Shown here piece by piece: positions 27,374 to 41,146 of a DNA stretch of 64,000 nucleotides. Position numbers and translations under genes: made by a program. This stretch comes from an uncultured Actinomycetota bacterium (lineage in GTDB: Bacteria > Actinomycetota > Acidimicrobiia > Spongiisociales > UBA5794): assembly GCA_963715255.1 (NCBI GenBank), contig CAVQRN010000004.1, positions 11,614 through 75,613 of the forward strand, written 5' to 3'. The notes beneath the pieces are model-generated. The model was not told where the DNA came from, did not search any database, and was given only the letters and a program-made list of their open reading frames with translations. Position 1 is the stretch's first letter. Each line of letters opens with the position of its first letter.

Positions 27374-28444
27374 ATGAAACGATTGATACTCGCCGCCTTC
27401 GCCCTCGTCATCCTCGTCGCCGCGGCGCAACCGGTCGACGTCGCTCCGGTACTGGTAGCCCAGGGTTTCTTCGTCGAAGACGGGTCCAACGCCGACCGCA
27501 CTGCAGTCGAAGACGCAGTTGCCGAGGCCCGATTCGCTGGAGGCAATCTCTCGATTGCGGTCCTCGCGATCGAGCCCCCCGGTGGTGCCACGATCTTTGC
27601 GGAGAACACACTCAACGAGATGGGCGGAACAGGCACCGTCTTCGTGGTCGCTCCCGAGACGGTCGGGTGGGCATCCGAGGGTGACCTCTATACCCGGGAG
27701 CAACTCGACGAGGCGACCGATGTCTCTCTCGACGGCTCCTCGGACACCGACGTCGTGGAACTCTTTGTCGCAACCCTTATCGGAGAGCCCGTCGGCGGCG
27801 CCGAACCGGGGGGTGGTGGTGGACTTCCCTTGGGATGGATCTTCCTGCTGATTGTCATAGCGGGCGGAGCGCTTGTCCTCTGGTTGTCCTCTCGGTCCTC
27901 GAAGCGGGAGGCAGAGCGGTCGATCGAGGATGCGAGGGTCGAGGTCAAGAAGCGCCTCGACGACGTCGCCAACGACATCATCGACCTTGAAGACGAGATC
28001 ACCGCGTCAACGGATCCTGCCGCTCGGGTTCTCTACGAGTCCGCGACCGCCGCCTACGCCGATGCGCTCGACACCTACGAAAGGGCAGCTACTCCCCAGG
28101 AGCTCATCGCCACGGCGGAGGAGCTCGACATGGCGATCTGGCGCCTCGACAGCGTGGAGGCCCTCCTCGATGGTGAATCCCCTCCACCGAAGCCGGAGAA
28201 GCCCCAACCGACCGCCCCGGTGCCGGGAGCCTCCCCACTCACGACACCTCCTCGCGTCCCGGCATCCGTCTACCGACGGCCGGATCGCCGCCGATCCTCA
28301 GGCACGGCGGCGATGATGACCGGGCTGCTGATGGGATCGATGGCCTCCACGCGTCGTTCACCCCGCGGGTCGTCGAACTCCGGTTCTCGCTCCCGATCGA
28401 AGAGCAGCACGCGTATGCGGGGCGGCGGCCGACGTAGAGGCTGA
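27374..28444 (+). CDS. bitopic membrane protein of unknown function (TPM-domain-like architecture)
   Basis: Starts at MKRLILAAFALVILVAAAQP (ATG 27374). About 140-aa extracytoplasmic domain, Gly run, TM helix LPLGWIFLLIVIAGGALVLWL, cytoplasmic helical region (IEDARVEVKKRLDDVANDIIDLEDEI...), Pro-rich stretch, and an Arg/Ser-rich tail. Confidence 0.6.
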   Translation: MKRLILAAFALVILVAAAQPVDVAPVLVAQGFFVEDGSNADRTAVEDAVAEARFAGGNLSIAVLAIEPPGGATIFAENTLNEMGGTGTVFVVAPETVGWASEGDLYTREQLDEATDVSLDGSSDTDVVELFVATLIGEPVGGAEPGGGGGLPLGWIFLLIVIAGGALVLWLSSRSSKREAERSIEDARVEVKKRLDDVANDIIDLEDEITASTDPAARVLYESATAAYADALDTYERAATPQELIATAEELDMAIWRLDSVEALLDGESPPPKPEKPQPTAPVPGASPLTTPPRVPASVYRRPDRRRSSGTAAMMTGLLMGSMASTRRSPRGSSNSGSRSRSKSSTRMRGGGRRRG

Positions 28445-28489
28445 AGCCTCTCCTAGAATCGAAGGCACTGCACGTACCACAAGAGAGGG

Positions 28490-29263
28490 ATGCGAATGTT
28501 CAAGAAATGGTGGCTGTACATCAAGTCATGGTTCAAGTCGACGTCAGACGGCATGATGGATCCCGAGATCGAGATCAACATGGCGATCGATCAAGCGAAG
28601 AAGAAGAACCAGGATCTCAGGAACCAGGCCGCCAACATCGTGGCGCACCGTACCCAACTCGAGAGCAAGATCGAGAAGTCCGCCGACCAGGTCGGCGAGA
28701 CCCGCGAGATGGCGAAGCAGGCGATCCTCAAGGCTGAGGAGTGCAAGGCTGCCGGCGACACGGCCGGGGTTGCCAAGTGGACGAACATTGCCCAGGCACA
28801 GGCTACGAAGCTGCAGGCCGCCGAGAACAACCTGACATCCCTCAAGGGTCAATACGGGACGGCGATCACCCAGGCCGATGAAGCCAAGCGCGCCGTGCAG
28901 GCCAATGCCGTGAAGCTACAGGAACTCTCCGCGAAGCAGATGGAACTGCTTGGTGCACTCGAGCAGGCGAAGATGCAAGAGACGGTGAACGCAGCCGTCC
29001 AGTCGATGTCGGCAACACTCGATGACTCGCTGCCAACGCTTGAATCCGTCGAGGACAAGATCGAGAAGCGCAAGGCACAGGCAATGGCGAAGGCCGAGAT
29101 CTTCGAGGCGACACCCGATGGTGGCGAAGCTGAGTTGCGCCAGGCGATGAACGAGGCACAGGCCGACGCCAAACTCGAAGAGCTGAAGGCGGAACTCGGG
29201 TTGACGACCGGTGGAGAAGCCACCCAGGCCGATTCAGGAGAGGCAACCGGACTCGAAGCCTGA
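28490..29263 (+). CDS. pspA: PspA/IM30-family membrane-stress protein
   Basis: 257-aa ORF. Amphipathic N-terminus MFKKWWLYIKSWFKS followed by long coiled coils (AIDQAKKKNQDLRNQAANIVAH...). ATG 28496 has better spacing to gaggga and may be the real start. Confidence 0.9.
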   Translation: MRMFKKWWLYIKSWFKSTSDGMMDPEIEINMAIDQAKKKNQDLRNQAANIVAHRTQLESKIEKSADQVGETREMAKQAILKAEECKAAGDTAGVAKWTNIAQAQATKLQAAENNLTSLKGQYGTAITQADEAKRAVQANAVKLQELSAKQMELLGALEQAKMQETVNAAVQSMSATLDDSLPTLESVEDKIEKRKAQAMAKAEIFEATPDGGEAELRQAMNEAQADAKLEELKAELGLTTGGEATQADSGEATGLEA

Positions 29264-32920
<3,657 letters not shown>

Positions 32921-32924
<4 letters not shown>

Positions 32925-33932
32925 GCGTCGACCTCGCCACCACCTACCTGGGTCTCGAATTGAAGAACCCGCTCGTTCGCGTCGTCATCGCCGTTGACGG
33001 GCACACTCGATGGATTGCGGAGCCTGGAGGAGGCCGGTGTGGCAGCCGTCGTGTTGCCGTCGTTGTTCGAGGAGCAGATCGAACACGAGGCGATGGAGAT
33101 GCAACGCGTCATGGAGAGGGGCGCCGAGTCGTTCGCTGAGGCACTGTCCGGGTACTTTCCGGAGTTCGACGACTACGCCACGCGAACCGAGTCGTATCTG
33201 CGGCATATCACCGATGCGAAGGAAGCGCTCTCGATCCCGGTGATCGGTTCGCTCAACGGAACGACGAACGGCGGTTGGGTCAACTATGCGAAGCGGATCG
33301 AGGATGCGGGTGCCGACGCCCTCGAACTCAACGTCTACCTGATCGCAACCGATCTCGCGACAGCGGGAACGGAGGTTGAACAGCGATACCTCGACCTCGT
33401 CTGGGAGGTCCACGAGCAGATCTCGATCCCGCTCGCCGTCAAGGTCGGGCCGTACTTCTCGTCGACACCGAATATGGCCGTCAGACTCGTTGAAACCGGG
33501 GCAGATGGGCTTGTTCTGTTCAACCGCTTCTACCAGCCCGACATCGACCTCGAGAGCCTGGAGGTCGTGCCGAAGGTCAAGCTCTCGACATCCAACGACC
33601 TGTTGTTGCCACTCCGATGGATTGCCCTCTTGAGCGGAAGAGTTGAAGCCGATCTCGCTGTGACGTCCGGCGTGCACGACGCGGAAGATGTCATCAAGGC
33701 GCTACTCGCCGGCTCGAACGTCGCAATGATGACCTCGGCGCTGCTCAAGAAGGGCGCGGGCCATGTCGGGACGGTGCTCGCTGACATGCGGCACTGGCTC
33801 GAAGAGCGCGAGTACGAGTCGACGAACCAGCTGAGGGGTTCAATGGCCGTAGGGAACGCACCCAATCCCGACGCGTTCGTGCGTGCCAACTACATGAAGA
33901 TGCTCGTCACGTACACGACCCCTGAAGTATGA
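32921..33932 (+). CDS. dihydroorotate dehydrogenase-like (class-1 DHOD/DHPD fold) flavoprotein, frameshifted near 32977
   Basis: MSVDLATTYLGLELKNPLV (ORF 32921..) continues as ASSSPLTGTLDGLRSLEEAGVAAVVLPSLFEEQ in ORF 32994..33932. TIM-barrel DHOD-like motifs (IGSLNG, ELNVY, VKVGP, LFNRF). The ATG overlaps the nifJ stop (ATGA 32921-32924), with aggaggag just upstream. Confidence 0.8.
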
Positions 33933-33936
33933 CCCG

Positions 33937-35631
33937 ATGGCCATGCCGACGGACCTCGAGATCGCGAGCGCAGCGAGACTCCACCCCGTTGAAGGCATCG
34001 CAGCAGAGATGGGGATCGCGCCCGATCATGTCGAGCACCACGGCCGAGAGATAGCAAAGATCTCGCTCGCAGCAATCGACCAGATGGGCCCGCCACGGGC
34101 GAAGTACGTGCTGGTCACGGCGACAAACCCGACGCCGCTCGGAGAAGGCAAGACGACGATTGCAGTTGGGCTTGCCCAGGCTTTCAAACACATCGATCGA
34201 AGGGCCGTCGTCACGCTCAGACAGCCTTCGCTTGGACCGACGTTCGGGATCAAGGGTGGAGCGGCGGGTGGTGGCTATTCGCAGGTCGTTCCGATGGAAG
34301 AGATGAACCTTCACCTCACCGGTGATTTCCATGCGGTCACGGCAGCGAACAATCTCATTTCGGCGCTGATCGACAACCAGATCTACCACGGCAATCAGCT
34401 GTCGATCGGGACGGGCGACGTCACATGGCGCCGCGTCCTCGACGTCAACGACCGCACGCTGCGCAACGTGGTGACCGGCCTTGGAGGAAGGACCAACGGC
34501 GTGCCGCGGGAGACCGGGTTCGATATCACAGCCGCTTCGGAGATCATGGCCATGCTGGGTCTGGCGACCAGCCTCAGGGGCCTCCGCGAGATGCTCGGCC
34601 GCACCGTCATCGGTTTCGACCGCCACGGTAGAGCGGTCACCGCAGAAGAGGTCAAAGCAGCCGGGTCGGCGGCCGTGCTGCTCAAGGACGCCTTGTCTCC
34701 CAACCTGATGCAGACGCTCGAAGGCACACCCGCCATCGTGCACACCGGACCCTTCGCAAACATCGCCCATGGCAGCTCGTCGATTGTCGGCGACTACGTC
34801 GGCATGCGGGGCGGCGACTATCTGATCACGGAAGCAGGCTTCGGGTCAGACATCGGCGCCGAGAAGTTCTTCAACATCAAGTGCAGGGCATCCGGACTTG
34901 CTCCTGATGCTGCAGTCGTCGTGACGACCGTTCGGTCGATGAAATTCCACTCTGGGAAGTACACCATCAAGGTCGGTCGACCCCTTCCGACGGCGCTGTT
35001 CGAAGAGAATCCCGGCGATGTGCTCGAAGGGACGGCCAACCTCCGACAGCACATCCGTATCGTGCGCCGCCATGGGGTCGTTCCCGTGGTCGCAATCAAT
35101 GCGTTCCCGACAGACTTCGCTTCGGAACATGAAGCCATCGTTGCGGTCTGTGAGGAAGAGGGGGTGCGGTGGGCGGTCGCCCAACCCCATGCGGACGGCG
35201 GCCCGGGCATGGTGGACCTGGCTCGCGCGGTCGAAGACGCGGTGGCGGAGGGTTCGAACTTCCGGATGCTGTATCCGGATGACATGCCGCTGCGCGACAA
35301 GATCGAGACGATCGCGACCGACATCTACGGTGCAGACGGCGTCAAGTTCGACGCCATCGCAGAGCGTCAACTCGCCCGGTATGAGGATCTCGGGTGGGGA
35401 CATCTCCCGGTCTGTATGGCGAAGACTCAGTACTCGTTGAGCCACGATGCATCGCTGCTCGGCGCCCCCACCGGGTGGATTCTCCGCGTTCGAGAGGTGC
35501 AAGCCGCGATCGGCGCCGGTTTCATTCTCCCCCTTACAGGGACGATCACTCGGATGCCGGGCCTCGGCGCCCACCCATCCGCCCACGCAATGGACATCGA
35601 TGACGACGGGAACGTGGTGGGGCTGTCGTAG
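33937..35631 (+). CDS. fhs: formate--tetrahydrofolate ligase
   Basis: 564-aa ORF with TPLGEGKTT, FGIKGGAAGGGYSQV and FANIAHG. Confidence 0.95.
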   Translation: MAMPTDLEIASAARLHPVEGIAAEMGIAPDHVEHHGREIAKISLAAIDQMGPPRAKYVLVTATNPTPLGEGKTTIAVGLAQAFKHIDRRAVVTLRQPSLGPTFGIKGGAAGGGYSQVVPMEEMNLHLTGDFHAVTAANNLISALIDNQIYHGNQLSIGTGDVTWRRVLDVNDRTLRNVVTGLGGRTNGVPRETGFDITAASEIMAMLGLATSLRGLREMLGRTVIGFDRHGRAVTAEEVKAAGSAAVLLKDALSPNLMQTLEGTPAIVHTGPFANIAHGSSSIVGDYVGMRGGDYLITEAGFGSDIGAEKFFNIKCRASGLAPDAAVVVTTVRSMKFHSGKYTIKVGRPLPTALFEENPGDVLEGTANLRQHIRIVRRHGVVPVVAINAFPTDFASEHEAIVAVCEEEGVRWAVAQPHADGGPGMVDLARAVEDAVAEGSNFRMLYPDDMPLRDKIETIATDIYGADGVKFDAIAERQLARYEDLGWGHLPVCMAKTQYSLSHDASLLGAPTGWILRVREVQAAIGAGFILPLTGTITRMPGLGAHPSAHAMDIDDDGNVVGLS

Positions 35632-35706
35632 AGGTCGGCTCCAGGCTCTGGCCGGCCGTTCATTCCCCCTCTCTAGACTGGCTTCCGAACCCACAGGAGG
35701 CACACG

Positions 35707-37888
35707 TTGACCACCACCGAGACGCCACCGGACAGCGACGAGAAGCGCGCGGGGTGGAAGGTCACGCCGAGTCGAGTTCTCGGGGTTCTCGCAGGTCTGT
35801 CGGTCGTGGGGACGCTGATCTTCTGGTGGCTCGGGTCGCTGCCCGAAGAGCCGCATTTCGAGATTGGGCGACCGATCTTCGGGAACATCCCCGCGCTGAT
35901 CGTTGCCCTCTTCTACATGACGATCGCAACATTCCTCGGTGTCACGCTCTACCTCTTCGCTCAGCGGGCGAAGAGTTGGGAGCGGGGATCCTGGGAGACC
36001 CGCTCCGGGCTGTGGAAACAGCGGATGATCGGGCTGCGGGATGCGCTACTGATGCGCACCGTGCTGGAGGACCGTCAGGCTGGTCTCATGCACTCGATGA
36101 TCTACTGGGGCTTCATCGTCCTCATGATCGGCACGGCCATACTCGAACTCGACCACATCCTCCCTGCCTCGTTGAAGTTCCTCCACGGATGGTTCTATGA
36201 GGGCTACTCGGCGGTGCTCGACGCGGCCGCCGTCGTGTTCGTAGTCGGCATCGTGTGGGCGGCGGTGCGTCGGTACGGGCAGAAGCCGTGGCGTCTCAGA
36301 GCGAAGACACGGCCGGAGGACGCATGGATCCTGTTCACCCTCGGCCTCATCGGCGTGACCGGTCTGCTAACCGAGGCGGCCCGGATCTCGTACAGCGGTC
36401 AGCCGTCGTTCGAGGTGTGGTCGTTCGTCGGCTACCCACTGTCCTATCTGATTCCGTCAGCGACGGCGTCGGGCTGGCATCAGGCGTTCTGGATCATCCA
36501 CGCCGTGGCGTTCGTCGCCTTCCTCGTCATCCTTCCGACGACGAAACTCCGCCACGTCTTCACCACGCCCGCGAACCTTGCGTTGGCTCCTCGAGATCGG
36601 CCAAAGGGCAGCGATGCGCGAGGTTCCGAACCTCATGGAGGTGGAAGACATCGAGACGATCGGCGCGTCCCGGGTCGGTGAGTTCACATGGAAGCAACTC
36701 TTTGACACCGACGCCTGCACGGTCTGCGGCCGGTGCACGGAGGTGTGCCCTGCGAACCAGACCGGGAAGCCACTCGATCCACGAGAGATCGTGCTCAAGC
36801 TCGGACAGGTCGCGGCGGAGACGGCGGCCGATCCGATCTCTCCAACGGTGAGCGTGGACGGAGACCTCACCGTCTCATCTGACCTCGTCTTCGAGCGGAT
36901 CACTCCCGGGGAGTTGTGGTCGTGCACGACCTGCCGAGCCTGCGATGAGGTGTGCCCGGCAGGCCTCGAGATCGTCGACAAGATCCTCGATATGCGACGT
37001 TTCCTGTCGCTCATGGAGGCGGAGTTTCCGCCGGAACTTGGCAAGGCCTACGTGAGTCTCGAGAACTCCTCGAATATCTACGGGATGGACCAGACGACCC
37101 GAGGGGACTGGGTCAAGGAACTCGACTTCAAGGTGAAGTTCCTCGACGAGCCGGGCGTGACGGCGGAGTACCTCTACTGGGTGGGCTGCGCCGGTTCGTT
37201 CGACGACCGGAACCGGAAGGTCACGATCGCCACGGCGAAGCTGCTGCACGAGGCCGATGTCGACTTCGCGATCCTTGGGAAGAAGGAACTCTGCACCGGT
37301 GATCCAGCCCGTCGCACGGGCAACGAGTACGTGTTCCAGGGCCTGGCGTTGCAGAACATCGAGACGCTGAACGATCTCGGGGTCACCAAGATCGTCACGC
37401 AGTGTCCGCATTGCTTCAACACACTTCAGAACGAGTATCCGCAGTTCGGAGGGGACTACGAGACGATCCACCATTCGGACCTTCTGATGCGTCTCGTTGA
37501 TGAAGGGAGGATCACGCCCAAGTCGAACGGGCAGACCGTCACCTTCCACGATCCGTGTTACCTCGGCCGCTACAACGACGTGTACGAGGCGCCCCGTGGT
37601 GTCGTCGATGCGATCGGAACGCGGGTCGAGATGCCGCGAACCGAGAGCAACTCCTTCTGCTGCGGAGCCGGTGGCGGGAAGATGTGGTACGAGGAGGACA
37701 CCGGGAAGAAGATCAACATTGAGCGGACCGAGGAGGCCGTCGCGTGTGGCACCGATGTGGTCGCGACCGGTTGCCCGTTCTGCTTCGTGATGATCGATGA
37801 CGCCGTGCGTGATCTCGGGGTCGAGGAGACCGTGGTGGTGAAGGACATCGCGATGCTCCTCGAGGAGAGCATCCGCCCGGAGGCGTGA
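35707..37888 (+). CDS. membrane-bound Fe-S oxidoreductase: NarI/DsrM-like polytopic domain fused to 2x[4Fe-4S] and two CCG (HdrD/GlpC-like) domains, frameshifted near 36610
   Basis: ORF 35707..36681 (5-6 TM helices, ends ...TTKLRHVFTTPANLALAPRDRPKG) continues as AMREVPNLMEVEDIETIGA in ORF 36578..37888. Clusters CTVCGRCTEVCP and CTTCRACDEVCP. CCG motifs CPHCFNTL, DPCYLGR, CCGAGGG, CPFCFVM. TTG start 35707 follows aggagg. Confidence 0.8.
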
Positions 37889-38376
37889 GCGCCGACACTC
37901 TGCTCATTGTCCTCGTCGCGGTCATCATGGTGATCGGCGTCGCCGGGACAGTGCTGCCGATCCTGCCCGGTTTGTGGGTGATCTGGGCTGCTGCCGCGGG
38001 GTATGGGGTCCTGGCAGGGTTCGGAACCGGCGGGTGGATAGCAATGGTGTTGATCACGGCGCTGGCGATCGCCGGTACGGCCTCCGCGTTCTATCTCCCG
38101 CAGCGCACGGCTTCGGAAGGTCGGTGTCCCCTGGTGGGGGCAAGTGATCGCTCTCGGTTTCGCGATTGCCGGCTTCTTCATCGTTCCGGTAGTTGGGGCT
38201 CCGCTCGGATTCGTGGTCGGGATCTTGGTCACGACGATCGCGCGGGAGCGTCACGTCATGGGTGCACTCAATGCGACCTGGGCGACACTCAAGTCGATGT
38301 TGCTCGCCTCCGGAGTCCAGTTTGCCGTCGGCGTGGCCATGGTTGCGATGTGGGTGCTGTGGGTCTGGCTGGGTAG
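37885..38376 (+). CDS. DUF456-family small membrane protein, frameshifted near 38117; 3-prime end uncertain
   Basis: MSADTLLIVLVAVIMVIGVAGTVLPILPGLWVIWAAAAGYG... continues in ORF 38144..38524 as KVGVPWWGQVIALGFAIAGFFIVPVVGAPLGFVVGILV. The GTG overlaps the upstream stop (GTGA 37885-37888). The end is either 38376 or 38524, depending on whether a second indel exists. Confidence 0.55.
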   Translation: MSADTLLIVLVAVIMVIGVAGTVLPILPGLWVIWAAAAGYGVLAGFGTGGWIAMVLITALAIAGTASAFYLPQRTASEGRCPLVGASDRSRFRDCRLLHRSGSWGSARIRGRDLGHDDRAGASRHGCTQCDLGDTQVDVARLRSPVCRRRGHGCDVGAVGLAG

Positions 38377-38382
38377 AACCAG

Positions 38383-39382
38383 CTACCCCTTGACCGAACC
38401 CTGCGTCAGACCAGAGACAATCGCTTTCTGCGCGATGAGGAACGTGACCACAATCGGAAGTGCTCCAACCACAGCGCCGGCAGCGAGTTCACCCCACTTC
38501 GAGGCGTACTCGGCGATCGTGTAGTTCTGCAGACCGAGGATGTAGGTGAGTTGCGACGTGGACCGGAGCATCGTTCGTGCGAGGAGATACTCCGAGAACG
38601 TGTTGACCACGGTGATGATGAAGATGACCGCCAGGATCGGGCGCGTGAGCGGGAGGATGATCCGCCAGAAGATCAGCGACGGACCTGCACCGTCGACCCT
38701 GGCCGCTCGTCGAGCGACATCGGGACCGAGTCCATGAATCCTTTGATGAGGAATGTGTTGAACCCGATCGCTCCTCCCAGATAGACGAGGATGAGTCCGG
38801 CGTGTGTGTTGAGTCCGAACGCCGGGAACGCCACGCCGATGCGTTGCAGGATCAGGAAGATCGCGATGAACATCAGATACTGGGGGAAGACCTGGACGAG
38901 CAGAAGGCTGAGGAGTCCGAGGCGCCGTCCCCTGAAACGGAATCGGCTGAATGCGTAGGCAGCCATGGCCGCGAGAAGGAGGTTGAAGCTCGCCGCGAGG
39001 ATGGAGATCTTCCACGAATTCCACAACCACGTCATGAATGGATTGAGGGGCGGATTCGAGAAGATCGTTCGGTGGCTGTCGAGCGTCGCTCCGTCCGGGA
39101 TCAGCTTGGCGTTGGACAGACTGTCGACCGGGTTGACCGAGGCCGAGATGATCCAGACCACCGGGTACAGGGCGAAGAAGACGACGATCAGAGCGACGAG
39201 GTGGCGCCATCCGACCTCTCGGACCCATCGCTTCAACGGCAGCGGCGGCGACTTCTCTTTCGGCTTCCTGCCCCACGCCTGCGGGCTGCTGCCACCGAGG
39301 CGATGGCGCCGGCGGAGCGAGCACTCGCGGCTGTTCCGCCCACGAGCGGTGTGATCGGATCGGCACGGTTCCTGCGGCCCAT
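38383..39382 (-). CDS. carbohydrate ABC transporter permease (MalG-like), frameshifted (~38706, probably also between 39240 and 39380)
   Basis: ORF 38673..39236 (MKRWVREVGWRHLVALIVVFFALYPVVW...SVPMSLDE) continues as AARVDGAGPSLIFWRIILPLTRP in ORF 38383..39366 (EAA-loop motif). An ATG at 39382 lies 1 nt after the malF-like stop, in a third frame, and may be the real start. Confidence 0.75.
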
Positions 39383-39383
39383 G

Positions 39384-41031
39384 TCAGAGTCCGCCATAGA
39401 TGTCCTCCAGGCGCCGGGTGAATCGGAAGCCGATGCTCGAGATGATCACGAGGATGAAGAAGATGAGGATGGTGATCGCCGTGCCGACTCCGTAGTTGTT
39501 GCCGCGTCCAGCCGACACAGCGATGTTGAACGTGAATGTGATCAAGATGTCCGTTGCACCCACGGGCACCGATGCGTCGAGGATCGGCGGACCGCCTTGC
39601 GTGAGAAACTCGACGATGACGAAGTTGTTGAAGTTGAAGGCGAACGATCCGATGAGCAGCGGAGCCAGCGAGACCATGAGCATCGGGAACGTGATCCGCC
39701 GGAACACCTGGAATGCGTTCGCACCGTCGACACGCGCCGCTTCCTGCAGCTCAGCGGGAATCGACGTGAGCGCCCCGGTCGATATGAGATACATGTACGT
39801 GAAGCCGAGCCATGTGTTCACGAGAAGCAGCACCGCGATCTTCGCCCATGTTGGATTCGTGAGCCACGGCACCGGGTCGATGCCGAACGTCCCGAGCAGT
39901 GAGTTGATCTGTCCGAACTGTTCGTTGAGGAGTGCCGCGCCAGATCAGCACACTCAGGAACGCTGGTATGGCATAGGGCAGGATGTAGATCGACCGGTAG
40001 ATTCCGGTTCCCCGCATCCGTTCGCTGTTGAACGTCAGGGCGAGTGCGAGACCGAGCACGAAGGTGAGGAGGACCGATCCAACCGCGAAGACGATGTTCC
40101 AGGCGAGGACGCCGAGGATCGGAACGCGGATCCTGGAGTTGGTGAGGATGTCCCAGTAGTTCTCGAATCCGATGACAACGCGCCAGCCGGGTTCGAGGAC
40201 CGAGCCGTCCGCGCAGACGAAGCTGCCTGTGTCATCGGGCATACACGCCTGGTCCGTCGCCCTGTCGAACAGCGTGCCGGTCTCCGCGTCGTACACATAG
40301 CGCTGGGCTCCCTGCACGACGCGGATCCTGCTGGTGCCGATGGGGATCGCCTCGCCGTTCGGCAGGTCCAGCGTCCAACTCTTCAGCTCGTTCGCTACCG
40401 CGAAGAGACCGGCGCCGGAAAGTCGCACAAAGGGGCCGACGCTCGCAGGAAGCCCGTCGTCGCCTTCGACGACGTCGTAGGTGGCAACATCCACCGTGCC
40501 GTCCTCGGCCGGTTCGGCGGAAGCGGGTCGCGGAATCCCCGCGATGATCTCGCCGGTGTCGTCGTTGACGAGCAAGAACAGAAGCTCTCCCGTTCCCGGG
40601 TCTTGATACACCGCGAGTCCGAACACCACCTCGGCCGCGTCGGGATCCAAGTACGGCTTCGATTCGAGGACCTCGATCGCCTGGTCCTTCGTCAATGCGT
40701 GACCCGTCGACCAGTTCGTCACCGAAACGAACACGGTGAAGATGATGGGAATGATCATGAAGACGAGGAGGAACGTCAGTCCCGGGGTCAGCCACCGCAG
40801 TGCCCCGGTTCCCGGCCAGACGTAGACCCAGTTGATGAGGACGACGAGGACTGCAAGGAAGCCGGCGATCACCCAGTCACCTTCGCCGATGAACACGATG
40901 AACGCATACACCGCAAGCGCATCGAGGAGCGCAAGACCGGCCATCTTGAGCCAGAAGCCGAGGCCGAGCGACGAGGACCATCGGTCTGTCCGTTCGCTGC
41001 CCTCGGGCTGTCGGATGTCGAGATCGGTCAT
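39384..41031 (-). CDS. carbohydrate ABC transporter permease with large extracytoplasmic loop (MalF-like), frameshifted near 39933
   Basis: ORF 39751..41031 (...IPAFLSVLIWRG) continues as LLNEQFGQINSLLGTFGIDPVPWLTNPTWAKIAV in ORF 39384..39872. EAA-loop motif AARVDGANAFQVFRRITFP. A roughly 200-aa loop lies between early TM helices. Confidence 0.8.
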
Positions 41032-41077
41032 TCGGCCGGCATGATAATCGGTGTGTCAGAGCAGGACCGGACGCGAA

Positions 41078-41103
41078 GCGGGAGGGGCCGAAGCCCCTCC
41101 CGC
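41078..41103 (-). other. very stable intercistronic hairpin between the binding-protein and permease genes
   Basis: gcgggaggggc-cgaa-gcccctcccgc: an 11-bp perfect GC-rich stem with a 4-nt loop, in the 115-bp gap between 41147 and 41031. Confidence 0.5.
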
Positions 41104-41146
41104 ATCCTTCGTGTGAGCGGGACGAATCCCGCGATCACGGACTTGG

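Noticed and set aside
38377-38524. The DUF456 reading frame, after its frameshift, stays open to 38524. That would overlap the convergent malG-like gene by about 140 nt.
   Set aside because: The extension (RTSYPLTEPCVRPETIAFCAMRNV...) lacks membrane-protein character and is the antisense of a conserved permease C-terminus. A second indel returning to the frame that stops at 38376 is more likely, but I cannot prove it.
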